In this document: positions 61,282 through 64,000 of the stretch, piece after piece
Layout of the letters: the number at the start of each line of letters is the position of its first letter
Position numbering within the stretch: position 1 is the first letter of the stretch
Assembly: GCA_963666285.1 (NCBI GenBank)
Contig: OY762711.1
Source: Sedimentisphaerales bacterium
GTDB taxonomy: Bacteria > Planctomycetota > Phycisphaerae > Sedimentisphaerales > SM23-30
DNA length: 64,000 nt
Strand: one strand, 5' to 3'
The notes under the pieces: generated by a model
What the model saw: the letters and a program-made list of their open reading frames with translations, nothing else
The model's database searches: none
What the model was told of the DNA's origin: nothing
Position numbers and translations under genes: made by a program

Positions 61282-63105
61282 TTAAAACATCATCTTATCT
61301 GCGTATAGCATCTGAAATTCCGCTCGCCCGGCAAGCTCGACATATTCCATTAATTCTGCCAGGTCACCCGCATAATGACGTAACGTCTTATTGGTAAGCA
61401 TCATAACCGCACCCATTCCCGCGGCATTACCGATAGAGACTATCTTCTCCACCGCTACCGCCGGAAACAAACCAACCCGCAGCGCACTCGCCGGATGCAG
61501 GTAGTTACCAAAAGCGCCTGCCATATATACTCTGTCAACATCCTCCATTTTCAGCCCGGCATTAGCCAGCAGCGTCTCAATCCCCGCCGCTATAGCCGCC
61601 TTACCCAGCTGGGTCTCACGTATGTCACGCTGTGTCAGCACGATATCGCTCCCGCAGCTGCTTTCACTTTCAGGCACAAGCAGAAACGCCGGCTGGTTAT
61701 TATATTCCGTTACCCGTCCTGCCAGCTCCGCAGGAACTTCTTCCGACAACTCTTCACCTGTCGGCATACGTCCGGTCTCGTCAACCAGCCCGTTTTCCAG
61801 CAGACACGAAATTATATCTACTAAACCGCTGCCGCAGATACCTTTAGCTTTGCAATCTCCGATAATGCCGAGTTCAACTTTACCGTTCTCGAAACTGAAT
61901 TTCTCGATTGCTCCGTTGGCCGCTCTCATACCGTACTGGATTTTTGCTCCCTCAAAGGCCGGTCCGGCCGCGGTACTGCAGCAATATATCTGCCCGTCAT
62001 GTGCCAGTACTATCTCGCCGTTTGTTCCAATATCAACCGCCAGCGACACGCCCGTATCATATTCCATCTCTGCTGCCAGCACCACTGCTATTGTATCACC
62101 GCCTATATGACCGGCCACCGCCGGGGCTATCATCATATAGCCGCCCGGATTGATATTCAGACCCGCAAGTGACGCATTTAACTTGACCGCATCGTTAAAC
62201 GCTGCTACATACGGTGCCTGGCCTATCTGGCCAACCGGCACATCCGCCAGTATATGCTGCATCGTTGCATTTCCAACAACAGTTACTTCATAGATATCTG
62301 CCAGATCTATCTGATAATTCTTTGCCAGCTCTCCCGCCAGGTCGTTTATCGCCTTTATTGCCAGGCCGTTAAGTATCTCCAGCCCGTTATTATGCTCGCA
62401 GGTATAATTGATCCTGCTGATTACATCATCGCCATGGGCTGATTGAGGGTTACCCATCGAACTGCGGCCCAGTACTTCTCCTGTTTCCAGGTCTGCCAGT
62501 GCCGCTACAATTGTGGTAGTTCCAAAATCTATGCCCAGACCGTATATGCGTGACCCCGGCTCAACAGGCTTAAGTCCAATAACTTCATTTTTGCTGTTAA
62601 TTATTACAATTGCGTTTTCTTTATCACGGCTGTCATAAATGCCGTTTCGCAGGATAGTCGGCAGCTGCTTGAGCAGATCATTTGTCAGGGTTGATTCTCC
62701 GCCTGCCATGTCCAGAATATCGTCAACCGCGTCTATAATCCGCTGGGCATCGCTGCGAAGGTCGCTTAGCTCCGGGGCGGTAAGCTTCAATCTGAGCTGG
62801 CGTAGTTCGGGTAATACTTTTTGGCTGCAATTCAGGTTAAAACCGTGCGACATAACCTTCATTGCACTGTGACGACTCGTATCTGGTATGGTAACGCTCA
62901 TATCGCAGTCTGGTATATACTGACAGGCCCGTACCGGCACATCGCTTCCCGATGGCATTACCAGGCATTTATCGCAGTTGCCCACGCCGCCGCAGGATGA
63001 AATTATCGCTATCCCGCATTTTTGGGCGGCTTCCAGTATTGTTTGGCCTTCTTCAATCGAAACACTTATTTCGTCCGGTAAAAAATGTATTATATGTTCT
63101 TTCAT
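61282..63105 (-). CDS. ASKHA-domain corrinoid reductive activator (RACo/DUF4445) with N-terminal 2Fe-2S domain
   Basis: CGGVGNCDKC...RAC, IDFGTTT, VDIGTNGE, STAAGPAFEG, GICGSG and AGAFG. Confidence 0.93.
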   Translation of the reverse strand: MKEHIIHFLPDEISVSIEEGQTILEAAQKCGIAIISSCGGVGNCDKCLVMPSGSDVPVRACQYIPDCDMSVTIPDTSRHSAMKVMSHGFNLNCSQKVLPELRQLRLKLTAPELSDLRSDAQRIIDAVDDILDMAGGESTLTNDLLKQLPTILRNGIYDSRDKENAIVIINSKNEVIGLKPVEPGSRIYGLGIDFGTTTIVAALADLETGEVLGRSSMGNPQSAHGDDVISRINYTCEHNNGLEILNGLAIKAINDLAGELAKNYQIDLADIYEVTVVGNATMQHILADVPVGQIGQAPYVAAFNDAVKLNASLAGLNINPGGYMMIAPAVAGHIGGDTIAVVLAAEMEYDTGVSLAVDIGTNGEIVLAHDGQIYCCSTAAGPAFEGAKIQYGMRAANGAIEKFSFENGKVELGIIGDCKAKGICGSGLVDIISCLLENGLVDETGRMPTGEELSEEVPAELAGRVTEYNNQPAFLLVPESESSCGSDIVLTQRDIRETQLGKAAIAAGIETLLANAGLKMEDVDRVYMAGAFGNYLHPASALRVGLFPAVAVEKIVSIGNAAGMGAVMMLTNKTLRHYAGDLAELMEYVELAGRAEFQMLYADKMMF

Positions 63106-63329
63106 TTGCAGTAATTATAACATCATTTTTGCACATCTTGTATTAAAAAGTCTGTCCGTTTAAGTGCTTAAATGGTTAATTCTAAAAAATTTAACACCAT
63201 TTAGTTGATAAAAATTGTGATAAATATCGAATTTTATTGAATTTACAATTCTCTCAATTCATGCTTGTTATATGTCGATATATAGCCATGTGTTGCTAAA
63301 CAGACTTAAACGAGCGAGAGAATAGAAAA

Positions 63330-64000
63330 ATGATTGAAGTATTGGATAATTGCGTGTTGGATTATAAGGAAATATTACAGGCTATAGATGCTCCAATAGC
63401 GATAGTTAACGAAAATAATATTATTTGCTATTGGAACAAAAGCATCGAAAGACTTACCGGTTTCAAGGCTGAAGAGGTGCTTGGCCAGCCATACAACACT
63501 TCACAGTTTCTGCCAGAACCAGAAAGTCATTCCCAAAAGCAGAGTTACGGGATAAATACCGTTCTGCGAGATGGCATACCTGCAACCTGGAAAGGTTTTA
63601 TCGTTAGAAAAAACGGTCAGCGGGTACCGGTAGAGTCCAGGATATCACCTATCAGGGAAAAGCAATCTGGTACCATTATTGGTGCAATAGGCATACTCCA
63701 TGACATCTCGGTTCTTGCCTCTATGGAACAGACCATGAAGGATATGCTCGTTACCTCTAGGCTGGACCATCTCACAGGCATTAACAACCGACATTCAATA
63801 GGTTCTATTCTCGAAAGTGAAATGGAACGCTCACAACGTTATAACCAGCCCCTGGCAGTCATTATGCTCGATCTGGATAATTTCAAAGGGGTAAATGATA
63901 CCTATGGCCATGAAACCGGTGACCTGGTGCTTCGTGAAACCGGCAGTATGCTTAGTTTCAACCTGCGAATGCCCGACTCGGTAGGGCGATGGGGTGGCGA
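63330..64000 (+). CDS. PAS-GGDEF diguanylate cyclase, 3'-partial (not in ORF track)
   Basis: Manual translation: WNKSIERLTGFKAEEVLGQ (PAS), DHLTGINNR, DLDNFKGVNDTYGHETGD and RMPDSVGRWGG at the window edge. Confidence 0.92.
   Translation, partial: MIEVLDNCVLDYKEILQAIDAPIAIVNENNIICYWNKSIERLTGFKAEEVLGQPYNTSQFLPEPESHSQKQSYGINTVLRDGIPATWKGFIVRKNGQRVPVESRISPIREKQSGTIIGAIGILHDISVLASMEQTMKDMLVTSRLDHLTGINNRHSIGSILESEMERSQRYNQPLAVIMLDLDNFKGVNDTYGHETGDLVLRETGSMLSFNLRMPDSVGRWGG

Noticed and set aside
63169..63232. Palindrome TAAATGGT...ACCATTTA and a Rex-like TTGTGATAAATATCGAA
   Set aside because: Matches are partial and lie in very AT-rich DNA, so chance cannot be excluded.

Overview
Bacterial chromosomal window of about 42% GC by eye. 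It most resembles an anaerobic planctomycete of class Phycisphaerae (Sedimentisphaerales-like). That assignment is inferred from prepilin-type H-X9-DG-like proteins, several secreted proteins with dockerin-like D-x-N/D-x-D...W-L modules, a fused SecDF, HydF, FprA, rubrerythrin and an ASKHA corrinoid activator. Housekeeping genes are prfA, rpmE, yajC, secDF, cobO, mnmG, truD, clpB, gpmI and hydF. Also present are an O2/NO-detoxification cluster with a heme-c-bearing cytochrome bd-like oxidase, a split nrpR facing a GOGAT-like gene, a RelE-type toxin killed by a nonsense codon, an IS30 that truncates both neighbours, and several dispersed MITE/REP-like repeat families. The most striking signal is missing from the ORF track. 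It is a small SEC-C (zinc-knuckle) gene at 42667-42909 (minus strand), with a strong SD and a terminator, that yields a complete 79-aa protein only after three successive +1 shifts. Each shift falls on a TTT Phe codon, and these are the gene's only three Phe codons; the contexts resemble prfB. I found no tRNA, rRNA or CRISPR array.
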